A DNA stretch of 64,000 nt from Haliotis rubra. Lineage: Eukaryota. The notes below the pieces were generated by a model. That model had not been told where the DNA came from and made no database searches. It was given only the letters and a program-made list of their open reading frames with translations. The stretch is from contig NW_025767131.1 in assembly GCF_003918875.1 (NCBI RefSeq), forward strand, positions 620,001 through 684,000, in the 5' to 3' direction. How positions within the stretch are numbered: position 1 is the stretch's first letter; each line of letters opens with the position of its first letter. Positions 13,502-26,781 of the stretch are shown here, in pieces. The translations under genes were made by a program, and so were the position numbers.

Positions 13502-13742
13502 GATCCGTGAAGATCCGGGTTAGAATTGGTCTTCAGCAACCCATGCTTGTCGTAAGAGGCGACTAACGGGATCAGGTGGTCAGACTCGCTGACTTGGTTG
13601 ACACATGTCATCGTACCCCAATTGCGTAGATCGATGCTCATGTTGTTGATCACTGGATTGTCTGGTCCAGACTCGATTATTTACAAACCTCCGTCATATA
13701 GCTGGCATATTGAGTGCGGCGTAAAACTCATCTCACTCACTC
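13502..13742 (+). mobile_element. Family B non-tRNA retroelement, full length
   Basis: 10-bp TSD agacttcact at 13492-13501 and 13743-13752. Starts GATCCGTGAAG and ends with the tail shared with family A plus (CTCA)n. No pol III A/B boxes recognisable. Confidence 0.93.
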
Positions 13743-16700
13743 AGACTTCACTAAGTCATAAAAACGTGGCCTAGTTGGACTCGGACAGATGGCACATGAA
13801 TAATGTGTGAGGCCTTTTTGTTAAAGCTGTCTACTCGGTGTTATACCTCAATACTGCAAATCCTGTATTAAGTACCAGGGGGTGAATGTTGAATATTATT
13901 AGAGTGACCATCGGAACAGGACTAATTATGGCAGGAAACAACATGACCACTGGGAAATGGTTATTTCTGACTGAACACCTGAGGGGGTTGGAATACGGCC
14001 ATAGCTAATTCTGTGTACGTCAGAACTCAAGTCCGTTCATTCGTGGCAATGGAATTGCATGTTAATTATGAACCTGTTTGTATGAACATTGATCCAGTAA
14101 ACGAGTGCTAAGAATGATCACGTTACAATTCTTTTGACAAAATTAATATAATGACAAAGTTTCGTACAACAGATTATGGATATTTTTTATAGAGTTCCCA
14201 GACACTGGTGCCTGATAATAGGTGCTATTTACTTGACGATGATGAAGATGAGATTGAAATGATGTAACATTCCAAGAGCATACGAATAATGAATTCGGTT
14301 TCCAATGGAATATATGTATCTCTATGCTACCGACAGTGATTAGCTCAGTATGAATAACGGATGTTTAATCAATTTGATGAATATTTGTTTTGGACTATCT
14401 AACTTCTCCGAGCTGAAGGATTAAATGCAAAGTGTTTCAGTTACCGAGCATAGTATCTTGATGAATAACAACTGACTTTGAATAACTTTTACTTATGCAA
14501 AAATGCATGGGAAAAAGGCATTATTTTCATTTTACAACAGTGCTTTCTATTGTTATGAGAACATTCTTCCATGTGTATATTTACTGATGCTGAAGCACAC
14601 CTTTAATTCAGCTGTGAATACTATCAATATGAGATAAGAGCCTGTGAAAATAACATCTCTTGCATGAGAACTGAAGTTCCTTCCGACCAAAACACTGTGG
14701 TCTGTTGTCTGCATACTCAGGGTCTGATTTAGTGTAGTTGTAACTCGTTATTCGCGGAAGGATAAATTACCTCGTGTCAATCAATGCCTTCCGTTGCCTA
14801 TCCACCACACTTGCAAATTGCAGTCGCTGGCCATTTTCCCTTCACAAAAGACTAAAATTGTAGTACATGGCACGAGCTCTTCAAGAATTAGTCCATTATC
14901 CGTCGTCCAAGGAGAGATTATTATGCGTTGTAGTCCCCTCTCCACAAGATAATTTGTTTTGCCGCAGTTACGTATAGATCACGAGAGTGACATAAAGATT
15001 AACGTATTACCATGGGAAGGATAAACAGGTCCTTAATATTAACCTTTCCTAGACACACACAAATTAGAGAGGACTTAGTCTTAACAATCTGTCTGTTCAC
15101 GAAATATGTGAAATATATTTGTTTCCTTAATATATGTCTCAGCGGCACGCACTGTCATTTCGTATTTTTTAAATGAAGTCTTGGGCCGGAAATACTTTAA
15201 AAAAATCAAAACAAATCAATATGTTCTCGATTAATCTAAATATCAATGTAATATGGTCTCGGTTGTACATACATGTTCGTGTAACGAACCTTTGACAATG
15301 ACACGGGGAATTCCATATCAAATATTCAGATTTTAGTTTTCTTATCGGATTTTAAACACACAAAAAGAACTTTACAGGGAGATAATAAACAGATAAGGAA
15401 ACACCTAACGCTGAAAGAATGAACAACGTTATCACAAAACGCAGGCCCAAGGAATGTCGGTCTATTTTATTCTCTACTGATATTGAATGTTTCCAGGGGA
15501 ACGTGTATCGTTTATGCGGTGTGTTAGATGCAAAGATGCCAATGTTACCCGCCGACTCAATATCCTGGTGGTCAATTGGCAATCATCTCCAAGCAAATTA
15601 CCCTGTTGGTGTTGGGGAGGTCACTTAATGACGCTTTGGTCAGCCTTACATTACCACGTAAATCAATGTCACGGACCTGTGTGCAGGTGCAAACTGTCTG
15701 TTTAGAGAGCCACGGGGTTTTTACGATGTGTGGAGAGCGTGATACAGGGATTTGGCCATTTGCACGAAGTTCTGATTAACTTAATCGTTCATAATGCGAA
15801 TGAAACGAACGTTTATGTTTGTTTGTCATTACAAACATATGAGCGGACTACATCTGCTTTTTCTTACTCTCATATCTGCCTTAAAACAAATCATTACATC
15901 AAATAAAATATATTTTTTTGTTTATATACATTCCCGTGTGTATGAAATGGGCTCTTTGTTAACACCTACGCCAAATACTAGTATGTACAGTAACCATTTA
16001 TTACATGCTCTACAAGGATCTGTTGTCACTGTTATCAAGACTACATGTTTTCATTTATCAATCACTTCAGTGTTTACACGTCCAGAATCTATACACCCAC
16101 AGGCGGAATGGGCTTCCAAGTCTCCGCGACGCTGCACTACACTGTGATCCATCCCTAAGGCTCTCCCGAAAGAAATCTGATCATGGGTTCCAGTTCCGGT
16201 TGGTCATGATTGTTGTTTCGAGGTATGCGAGATTCTTACCACTACTAGAGGTTTTAAGTAAAATTGTACTTAAAACTTTCTAAGATCCTTTGAAGTTTAA
16301 CTTAAATACTTTTTAAAGTGCCGTTTTTCCACATTCACTCATGATATATTTTTCATTTCTTTCATATTGCTAAGGCCTACCTTCACACATCGTGTCTTGT
16401 CAGAAACGCCTTTGTCAACGATGGAAGATAAATGTCATATGAAGTTTTCTGAGAAAGCAACACGTTAAATACTGGAGTTCTGCAAAGATACTACCCACTT
16501 GTAATTCGTGGATAGATGATGATTTAAGCAAGACGTAAACATTTCACATGATGCGTATTGTGTGTGAATGTGTAACTACTGCGGGATGTCATTGGGCTCG
16601 CACTATAACACAGGTATTTGACCAGAAAAATGCAGTAAGCTACGCTTGTGACATGTGTCATGAAATTTTCTATATAAGTACCACTACCTATAAGGAGATG

Positions 16701-19700
16701 TCAATCACAATTTCACAAATTCATATATAGATCTATGTACAATGTACATTGTAGGAAGACTGAAAGTGACAAAAAGACGAATAGTATCTTTAACACTAGT
16801 ACTGTTTAACAGGGTGATGACTTCTGCTGTCAAATATTCAGCCTTCGCCTTATTCAACATTCATTCAGGTCCAGCAGCTCTTGAATTGCTCTTCCTAACG
16901 TTTATTTTATTGTTTTATCCACCTTGTTCCAAATGGAGTAAAAGGTTCCAAATCTTGATTCAGGTGAACTATTGATTTGTCAATGCATGTGCGTTCTACA
17001 TGTGTCCTTAGCGGGGCAGGTATACATTCCCCTTTTTATCGAACATCTGGTATCGTTACTGTGTTTCGTATTCACATATAGTCCACAAGCACAATGGAAT
17101 TACTTTTAGCAGCCATCTCTTATGGTTCTGGAAACAGTTCTATTGCTTGTATTTATTGGACGTCTACAATAAGTCTTCAATATAAAAGATCACGCTTTGA
17201 AACGTCCACGAACGAGCAAGCGTGTTTCAGCAATGTAGAAAAAGGTGAGACTTGCGCCCTTCTGTCTTTTCACTCACATTACGTCATGAACTAGCTAATG
17301 TAATATTGAAACCTGCGTTACACTCATTCACTGACTCACTCACTCATTGACTCACTATATGTTTCATCAGTATATCTTTTTACTTGAGGGTTATCTTTCC
17401 TTCAAACCATCGCTTTCCCTCATTCTGTGTCTTCCCTCGATTCATCAAAGCATTTTTTCGGTATCTGTTTCTCTTTCTTCCTTTTATTTAGAATCCTTTT
17501 TATATCTGAGATTACATGTTCCCGACCGCATCACATATCAGAACATGGAGCTACATTGGCAACGCCGTCGATTAAAGTATATACTGTTTGATAGAGACGC
17601 AGCCTATAAAAATGAATATGCTTGTGAAAGTCAAGATTGTTTGCTTTGCTCTTGCATGTAGCTCTTATGCGGCATATGTGGTGTGTGGTATTGGTTTATT
17701 GACTCCCAAAGCCAACATATCCCTCTCTGGGTACACATTCTTCCAGCCAAGAAATCCATAGAAATTCAATTTCATTTACTTGTGTTTAAAAAGCAAGGGT
17801 GCACAAACTTTCATTTCACGGCAAATTTACCAGACAAGCAGAAAACCTGACTGAACAGAACGGAACCATGTCAGTAACCTCTTCTTTCGAATTCATTTGT
17901 CAGCAAAATTGATCCGCTACTTCAAATTTACGTGGCGTTTATTACACATTTGATAGACGATGCTACAAAAATGGGTTTGGAGAAAATACTGTTTCTATTT
18001 GCTCACGGTTGAAGAAACAAAGAACTTTGCTTAGGGACGTAAAACCTTCAACATGCAGTGATATTTGGATTTTCCGTTATCGGCATTATATTTCATTATT
18101 TTTGAAAGACATGATCTCGTGATGACATATTGTCAATATATAAAAAAGATGTATTTATGTTCATGCCATGCTACAAACGTCGGTCAATTTCATTTCCAAA
18201 TGACTCCTCCATAGAACGTGCCGACGTTTTGCTCGACCGTGTCAATTGGAATCTCTCGCAACAAAGGAGAAATGTCAAGTTGAATGTGTTAGCTAAAAGA
18301 GCATTGCTTTGAGAGACTTAAAATGGACGTGAAACATGTCTATTTAGCCACTGAAGCATTGGTTAATAGTAATCCCATTGGGTGTTTATTTCCAGATTTT
18401 TCCACCGCAAAGCTGTAATCGTTTGCCCTCTCGCCAAAAATACATACATATTGGCACTTTTAGTGCTTGATTAAAGAGTCAACGCACGCTATGTCGGATA
18501 GATACCTAGGTTTCAAAGCAACAGAACACAGATGGTGCAGTTAAATGGGCAGACAACGTACACATATGCCGGTAAGATGTTATATCACTCGATCTTACGA
18601 TGAAACCTCGTTGGTTCAGACCCAAGTTTAGTCCAGAAACCCAGATCTCCACGTGATGCATATGAAGAACAGACATGGATATGCAATGGACATTATTTGA
18701 TCACACTGGTTCGTGGATACGTTCAACGCTTCATTAAGCTGTTTACTAGTTAGTACCTTTCTTATGTCTTAATAGTTGTTCATAAACTTGTCTTAGAGCA
18801 AAATTCGTGTCTTTTTACAATGAGAATTTGATAAAACATTACAAGCCATTGCACAACATGCAGTGGCGCAATTTTATAAGTCCTAATACAATATATTCAA
18901 TTTGGCAGGCCTGTGAAAACGTCGAAAGTTCATTTTGGTGCCAATATACCCTGAAGAAAGGCAGAGGAAACAGACGATTAGCTTGTAACTGATAATATTT
19001 CACTGAATCATCATGGTCAACCCAATCGCAACTGTTTGCATCTTTCGCCTCCGCAGTCCAGCAGATAGAGCGTCTGTGATTGCGGCTTTAAGGCTACCTG
19101 AGAGGCTGCTGGTGTAGGAGAGCAGGTAGACAACACTCAATTATTGTTCAACAAGACTATGGGCGTAACCACTCTGGTCATGTTCACAAGCCGCCCGTCC
19201 TTGGATCAGAATAACGTTGGTCGACAGCGGTCCAGAACGTCCTACATCAGACCATGGAACAAAGACATGCTATGGCCAGTATACTACAATGAAGCTATTA
19301 ACTCCGAGTTTATTTCGGGGCCCAAACCCTAATCTCCATGCTTAAATACACCTCCAATAACGCCTGTTACTCTAAACGGCGAATGATACATTTTGTCATA
19401 CAAAATACATAATTCGTAAATGCCGATAGAAAATGCGAAATAATTCCCTAAAATGATAACAAAAGTAGTAATTACATTTCCCTTTGTCATTTTATAACAA
19501 TCCTTTCGTATGTGTGAAAGAACCGCTGTTTGATTAAAATACTAGAACATCCACAAGGAAAAATCTTTTGTATGACATTCTGGCCCCTTCCCACGCACGA
19601 CCTAGAACTGAGAGGAATAAACTAGAAATTATATGCCTTCAGTGTTATCATACAGGAATACAAACAGAATAAACTAATTAGAAAGCTTTAAGCAAATACG

Positions 19701-22018
19701 TCTGATATCATGTATCATTCAAAACGCATACTAAGCAGAGCCTGCATCTTATAAGAACATTAACGACTGTCAACTCCCATCACTTTACCATAAATCCTTC
19801 ACTCTTTATTATAATACCATATTAGATAACAACATGTTTCAACACGCATCAGCTATTTGGATAGCATAATTAGATCACGTGACCACCAGATGCCAGATTT
19901 ACCACTGATGAAATCTTATTAGTGCTTGACCATTGCTTCAACGAGACCTTAAGGCCAGATAGATCAAAGCTGGCTGCAGTTACGGCCGTGGCAGTTATGC
20001 TACGCATTGCATGCCGGAGAGAAGTAAATGCGACACTAAAATACTACTTTGGAAGATAAAAATTCAATAAATCACGCCTGTCCATTGACAATAACAGCTG
20101 TCCGACTAGCGGTATTCAAAAGTCCGTGCGAACACAACGTAAACATCTGAAGGATGTCAAACAGCATTAATGATGTAATGGCCTTAGTATCATGGGATAT
20201 GTTTTTGTCTTAAGTGCATCCCAAGATAAATAGTAATAACATGGTTCATGTCATGATTGTTACTATTTTACTCATATATTCGCAGACACCTGGTGTCGTC
20301 ACTGATTGTCCGTTATTCATTCAAAGAGTTTTCAATATAGCGTTACGTCCAGAGGAAACTGTTACGGTGGATAATTGACACTGGTGATTTTCTGACTTTG
20401 ACGTTTAAAACAGGCATATCAGGTAACTGGCGGAACTGAAAAAGAGTCATTACAGCACTCCTCGGCATTAAGAATTTAATTTGAATATGTCAGTGATGAA
20501 ACATATCATGTAACGTCAAGGGATTACTGACTGATTTATTTGAAAAGTTAACTGACTCCTCATAACCCATAATGATATTTCAAACGCATCATTATGTTTT
20601 AATGAAAAGAATGCCAATAGTATGTGGTAATTACAATCAGTCTTGTAATGTGAGCTTCAAACAAGAATGAAAACTCCTAATCATGTTTATCTTATTTCGG
20701 TTACAATATTCTTTGTATCATATGTTAGTGATCTCCAAAATGAGGAATGTTGGGCTGAGACAGATGATCACACACGCCTGGACATGTTGCATGAAGAATA
20801 CTTTCATCAGTGTAGAGAATATAAACCAATTATATCAGTTTCACGAACGCGTGGTTCACACTAGCCCTAAGCTTGACTCAAAAGACAAACATCACAGTCA
20901 TCAAATGTCTGTAAATCACTCCAAGTATTGCGAAATATTGTAAGATACTATTCGTGATATATGCCTATCATAGCACCCTTTGCACAAACAGGCATTACAA
21001 CCGGAACGTGATTGGACGAGAGACAAGACTAGCCTCAAGGCCCTTCCGCTATGTCAGATGGTACAAATTACGAATTGGTGCTACGAATCCGGAAGGAAGA
21101 GAATTTACTCTCTTGCCGTTTATCGGCAGCATAAACCCGTGGCAAACCATTTGTTTGCATGGGGGAGGAATGGCTTTTCGCATTAGAAGGAGTGTCACAT
21201 TTGGTGAATACTCGTGTTAATTTCCGGCCGCGAAACTTATCAGGCTTTAGTGTCCAGCGCTCCTACTTTTAAGGTAAAGCGCAAATGGACACCGTGAAGA
21301 ATACTATTCTACTTGACCCTTGCTCTGCGAAAAGGATATTTGAACACAGTTCGTCTTCGGCCAAACCAATATTTGCCAAAGATGAAATATTTGTCTCCAG
21401 AGTATTGACTTGGAAAAATGAACTCCTGAAGGAAATTGTTCCAAGATTATAAGAGACAGTGCTTACGTTAGCGTTATGAAATGATGATAGCATTGCACTC
21501 CTAGACTCTTTTCTCGACTGATTAATCTTTCTGACCACAGGATACGTGACCTTTGAATGATATATGGATTTGAAGACGTTTACGCTACTGCTTGGTGGAA
21601 ATCTGGCTCTGGCCATGATGACCCATATTCAAACGTCTGTGGACGTGCCCACTGCGCATACTAAGTGCATAAATGCAGTCACAGCACAGAACACGCCCCT
21701 CTTTTTCTCGTTATGCGATAAATTTCACGAGGCATTGTTATACTTCTTTCAAACATATATCAAGAATGGGACAAGTCGAATGACAAAACCAATCATAAGG
21801 GCCCCTTTGGGCCCACGTTTTTATGATATTTGAAAATGAGGATATCTTTGACCTTTGTCGTTGGCTTCCATAACGGAGGATGCTAGATTATCGATAGTTG
21901 CTAAAAGTAGTTAAGATCACAAGGGTGTTCTTACAATGAGTAAGAAACATGTATTTTATTAAACCAAGAAATTGTCTTGCACAGATGTTTAGTCAGGATA
22001 ATATTAAAGCACAGAACA

Positions 22019-22188
22019 CTGACTGACTGACTGAGTTTAGTTTCACGCCGCTTTTAGCAATATTCCAGCAACATCACGGCAGGGGACACCAGAAATGGGC
22101 TTCACACATTGTACCCATGTGGGGATTCGAACCCGGGTCTTCGGCTTGACGAGCCAACGTTTTAACCACTAGACTACCCCACCGCCCC
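22019..22188 (-). mobile_element. Family A SINE (CAGT tail)
   Basis: 13-bp TSD aaagcacagaaca at 22006-22018 and 22189-22201. Confidence 0.95.
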
Positions 22189-25100
22189 AAAGCACAGAAC
22201 AATTAGTCATGATGATGATGTTCAAGTTCAAGAAACCACACAGATTTTTAGATAAATGTTGTTGGATGTACGAATCTAATTACAAAATGGAAGTCTGGAA
22301 CGTGTTAACCCAAAGTCCACGGCCACCGTTCCACAAACGTATCGAGTTACTACGAGAGGCGTTGGTCCATATTTAAGTAAGGAATTTATAATCGCCTCAG
22401 TGCTAGGAATTCTTTGTGGAACTGGATCCTCGGGAAGACTGCATTTAGGTGGAGTTTGGAGGATGTCATTCCAAAGCGCCAATGCAGAGTATGTCCAGTC
22501 CATACAGAAAATCACCCCAAACGATTTCTCGATATATTGATTTAAGTTTCAAGGTGGTATGATTTGCAACAACTTTGATTAATTTCGAAGCAGATTTTAC
22601 AGAAGTGTTGTTTATTATATGTCAACCGAACGTAAGGAAGTAAAATCAGCAGGCGCTATGTTTCTATTAATTTCACACTGGAACCACAACATATCGGTAT
22701 TCTGCTACAACGTTGACAAAGTGATATTTCCCAATATTCCAGCTATTCAGGTCCTTTTGATTATTATGCAGTTTTAAGCCTGGAGCAATGGTAATTAACA
22801 CAGTTATTCAAGCAATTACGAAAGTTACATCAAGGTATTCCCAAAGAAGTGGGCGTATTCCACGCATTCCACGTACTCTTGAGTCCATTATACCTGAAAT
22901 TATTTCTTTTTAACGTTAAGAATAAGTACAGTTTTCCTGACATAAATGCCATATCATTTTACAAGATTTGTTTAGCAATTTCGGATTATATGAAGACTGC
23001 TAATGAAGATCAAGCAGTCTGTCCTTTAAACATATTCTTTAATAAATATCATATATCAAGCCATCCTGTGTCTAAAGAGCACTTTAACTCTTCAGGTTAT
23101 TAGCAATGGACCCGCAACTATTGCTGCAAACAGATGACTTTTAAGTCGTGGTTGTAACCAAACATTTCGTTTCAATCCTACCGCTCGGAATTTCACAGGC
23201 GTAATATTGATATTTGGTCCATCAAATTCTGTTACTTGAGGGAAGAAAAACAATGAGTGTAATAATATTTTATTCGGCTTCTCTCCTCACCCCTTCCAGC
23301 CTTTCGCAGGAAAAATATGCGTAACTGTTTCCTGAGGCACACAGCAAGAACTAAAAACTCTCCCTGTGAAGTCCTACAAATGAGCGTAGAGACAATATGG
23401 AAGCCATCCTTAAGACAAGCGGGGGAATTGCAGCAAGGGTAGAAAAAGGCTGTTTGTCAGATATCTTTGTTTGGTGTGGTCGAAAAAGTGTATTTGTGAA
23501 CGTTTGTGACGTATCAAGGGAGAGAGAAAAAACATCCAGGCGGACTCCGAACAACACAAAGGAGTACTTACACATAAACATGTGTACACTCGCAGAAAGA
23601 TGAATTGCATGGGTATTATACATAACGGACATCATCAGTGACGTGGGAAGATATATTGGAAGAATTCCCCGACAGCAAATACTTTCTTTCTTTGTAGTCA
23701 GACCTCTGGATGTTCGTTTTGCCTCTGTTTCAGGAGCATCTCCTTGAGGTATGCTTGAAGCCATACTTCTTTACATCATTGCAGTTTTTCTAGAAGTAAT
23801 TACATCGACATCTAGACGCCCCTTTCCTATTGATTGATCCTGTACTCGCAAAGTTTAAGATACTGTTCACAGAGATGACAAATACTCCTTGCTGTCATTC
23901 TGAACACTTTCAAGTCAATTTTATATTTGATTTTCAGAAACATTCCAAATGAATTTTCACAGAGGGGTGCCAACCGCTAAAATTAAAAACTTGCGTTATA
24001 TCGACTACGATTACGTTAATGATTTACAGTCATAATTCATTGCATCGTATTTTTAACTGGAAGTTAATTGCAGATTATATGTTGAAATGTGATACTATTG
24101 TGTTGTTGTGACAGAGGGGTTATTTTAATCAATAATTGTGTCCTGAAATATTACGTTTGGCGGTTGGGCAATTATGTGACTATGATTGATGTTTATCGTT
24201 AAATTGATTACCGGAATGCAGTAAATGAAGAAGAAGAAGTAAATTTACGGTTTTCAAACCTTTTCGAAGGTTTGTATATCATGTCATCAAACTATGTCAA
24301 GGGAATTGTGCAGTTCGTATGAAATGATGTTTCCGAACTGATGAAGCGTATTTTATTTCTGAATGCATTTGAAGTAACTATGTCAGTGACATATATATTT
24401 AAACTAAATCAATTGTTTGTTATGTTACGTCAGGAGAATAGAACATCGTCCATGTTTGGATAAAGGAGAAAAAATATACGAGGATAACTGGATGTGTTAA
24501 GCGGTGTTTCTGGGGGTAAAAAAGTATAATACATTCTGAGTTTGTTTTTGTTTGTTGTTTTTCTTTCTTTTTTTTTAACTGACAAAAGATTGTATTTTCG
24601 CATTCAGTGATTCCATTAACATTTAAGTGTAATGCACATATTTAGTTGTATAAGACAAAATATTATGGATGTCAACTTCTTCCTTATTGTATACACAGTT
24701 AATGTTTCAGGGCTTTTCATTCTGAGTTAGTATAATGTGTCTGGGTGTACTATCCATCTTAAAATGCGACCGTGCTAGTGTCCAACCAGCCACACAAACA
24801 GGTGTATGCACTACGCTACATAATGTAATTGTTCGGTATCTGATGTGAATTATACTTTGGACAAAGATTATTTTAGTGCTGGACAGTCATGTTTTACAAC
24901 GAAATGTACTTCCTGGTATTACCATCTCTGTGTCAGCCTAAATTATCGCATACATCATTTTCCCGCTACATAACCTTTGAATAACATTTGTAAGGAGAGT
25001 GGCGAAAGCTGTAAATATGTTTTAGCTTTCATAGGTTTTTGGCAAAATCAGGGGAGACATTTGGCATGATATTTCATGCGAAATGGTAGTTTTCATTTTG

Positions 25101-25460
25101 TTTTAATGATCGTAAAGAAAACGATCCTCCTGAGAATTGAGGTCAGTGACGTGCTCTTGACAAATATAAAAATTTAATCTTTTCTGAAATAATTCAATGT
25201 TTTGTTGTTTACTTTGGTTGCCTACTTGGCCGCCGACATTTCATACTTAAAAGTAATGCACGACTTGTAATGAAATGTTATTTAATATATTTCAGATGTA
25301 CAGATGGTTCAGTCATCGCTGTCTTGATATATCGCTATGTCAACACCCAATGGCTGTGGGAACGATTCACGGTTTGCCCCGATTATGTTTCTAGGTTTTT
25401 CAGCATCCTACCTGGGCTCATTGGTTTCACTACAGTTATATGTCAGAGACCTACATCCTA

Positions 25461-26428
25461 AACTGACGTACAAAAAAAGTACACACCCGGTGCTTTTGGA
25501 TTACTTTCCAAAAAGCGACGTAAATGTTTTGAAAAGAGATTTACAGTGATATATAAGTCACATACTTCCCTATTATTACCCACGTGGTCAACGTATGGGT
25601 AGTTGCATATTAATCTCGTACGTCACACGAGTGTCGTATCGCGTTGACCTGTGTCGTAACGACTTGACCTGAGATTGTAACGATTTGATTGGATAACCGA
25701 TGGCCTCTTTCTGACGTAACTATTTTTTCATTCATAACAAACACGTGAATTCATTCATTCTACAACTTAAATGCATTGTGGGAATGTAAACATTGCGAAC
25801 GTTTCCGTGTCGCTGTTTAATTGTGAGTCGAACTGAGACATTATATCTGTCGAAAAACATAAACGCATTGTTTCCACCAGTGATGTTAGCCGAATGAAGC
25901 AACTGGAAACCAAGAAACGAGGTGCTACGGAGTAGTTTACTGTAGGAGGCTGTACGAGGCGATGACAACTGACATGCATCGTGACGTCGGTTACCATGGC
26001 AGTGACGTCATTAGTGTGACGTCATGCAAATATTGTACTACAGTACAAAACTCTTCCGCAACCTCTTTATGAATCCGGTTTCGGTTTGAAACAAAAAAAC
26101 ATAACAAAAATACGCTATTTTGTCAATTTAAATGCATGTAAGACGTGGGTAATAAATAAAATACCACACTCGGTCTCATTACATACGAATTATACGAAAC
26201 TCGTGACCTTCCTATGTTATCTGACCTCGCTTTCGCTCGGTCAGATACCATAGGAAGGACACTCGATTCGTATAATTCGTATGTAATGAGACCTCGTGTA
26301 GTATTCTCTATATATGTTGCCAAAACATCACAGATATCGTGCCCGATTGCGACGTTGACAGTCAGAATGACAACACTTTTCAAATAATCCCAAAACACCA
26401 GGTGTGTACTTTCTTTTGTACGTCAGTT
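25461..26428. mobile_element. Tc1/mariner-type MITE with TA TSD, carrying a nested element
   Basis: About 50-bp TIRs (aactgacgtacaaaa-aaagtacacacc(c/t)ggtg... and its reverse complement ending at 26428), flanked by TA at 25459-60 and 26429-30. Confidence 0.85.
25551..26313. mobile_element. Nested non-autonomous element with subterminal inverted repeats and a long terminal hairpin (Helentron/HINE- or Crypton-like, unresolved)
   Basis: 13-bp IR ttattacccacgt (25573-25585) / acgtgggtaataa (26143-26155), followed by the 146-bp hairpin at 26160-26305. TATA-rich ends; boundaries approximate. Confidence 0.55.
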
Positions 26429-26433
26429 TACTT

Positions 26434-26552
26434 TAACTCGACACTCAGTGATATCATCTAAAATATTGTTCAAAGTGGAGATAAAATGAAGTTTACATTA
26501 ACTCGACATTCAGTGATATCATCTAAAATATTGTTCAAAGTGGAGATAAAAT
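26434..26552 (+). repeat. Tandem duplication (65-bp period) of a SINE-tail-like sequence
   Basis: taactcgaca(c/t)tcagtgatatcatctaaaatattgttcaaagtggagataaaat occurs twice. Confidence 0.8.
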
Positions 26553-26781
26553 CACCTGACTCATGTTTCCAAGTTACAGTATTTCTTTGCACAAATATCA
26601 ATACCTGAACTAGAAATGCTATGCAGGGGTATATAATGGCAGATGTGTTTGCTTTACCGACATACCATACAGTATGCCGTTTTAACAGTAGGTCACTTTT
26701 GTGACGGGGGCGTCAGCCTATTGTGGAAGGAAAGTCTGAGACGTTTACCACTACCGTGACAAACCTCGAAGCATAATAATA

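Noticed and set aside
13548-13569. Family B head as a twister or HDV-like ribozyme
   Set aside because: GTCG-TAA-GAGG-CGAC echoes twister L1 residues and CTAA-CGGG echoes HDV J4/2-P2. However, twister P2/P4 and the HDV P3/L3 element cannot be placed, so the fold is left unclassified.
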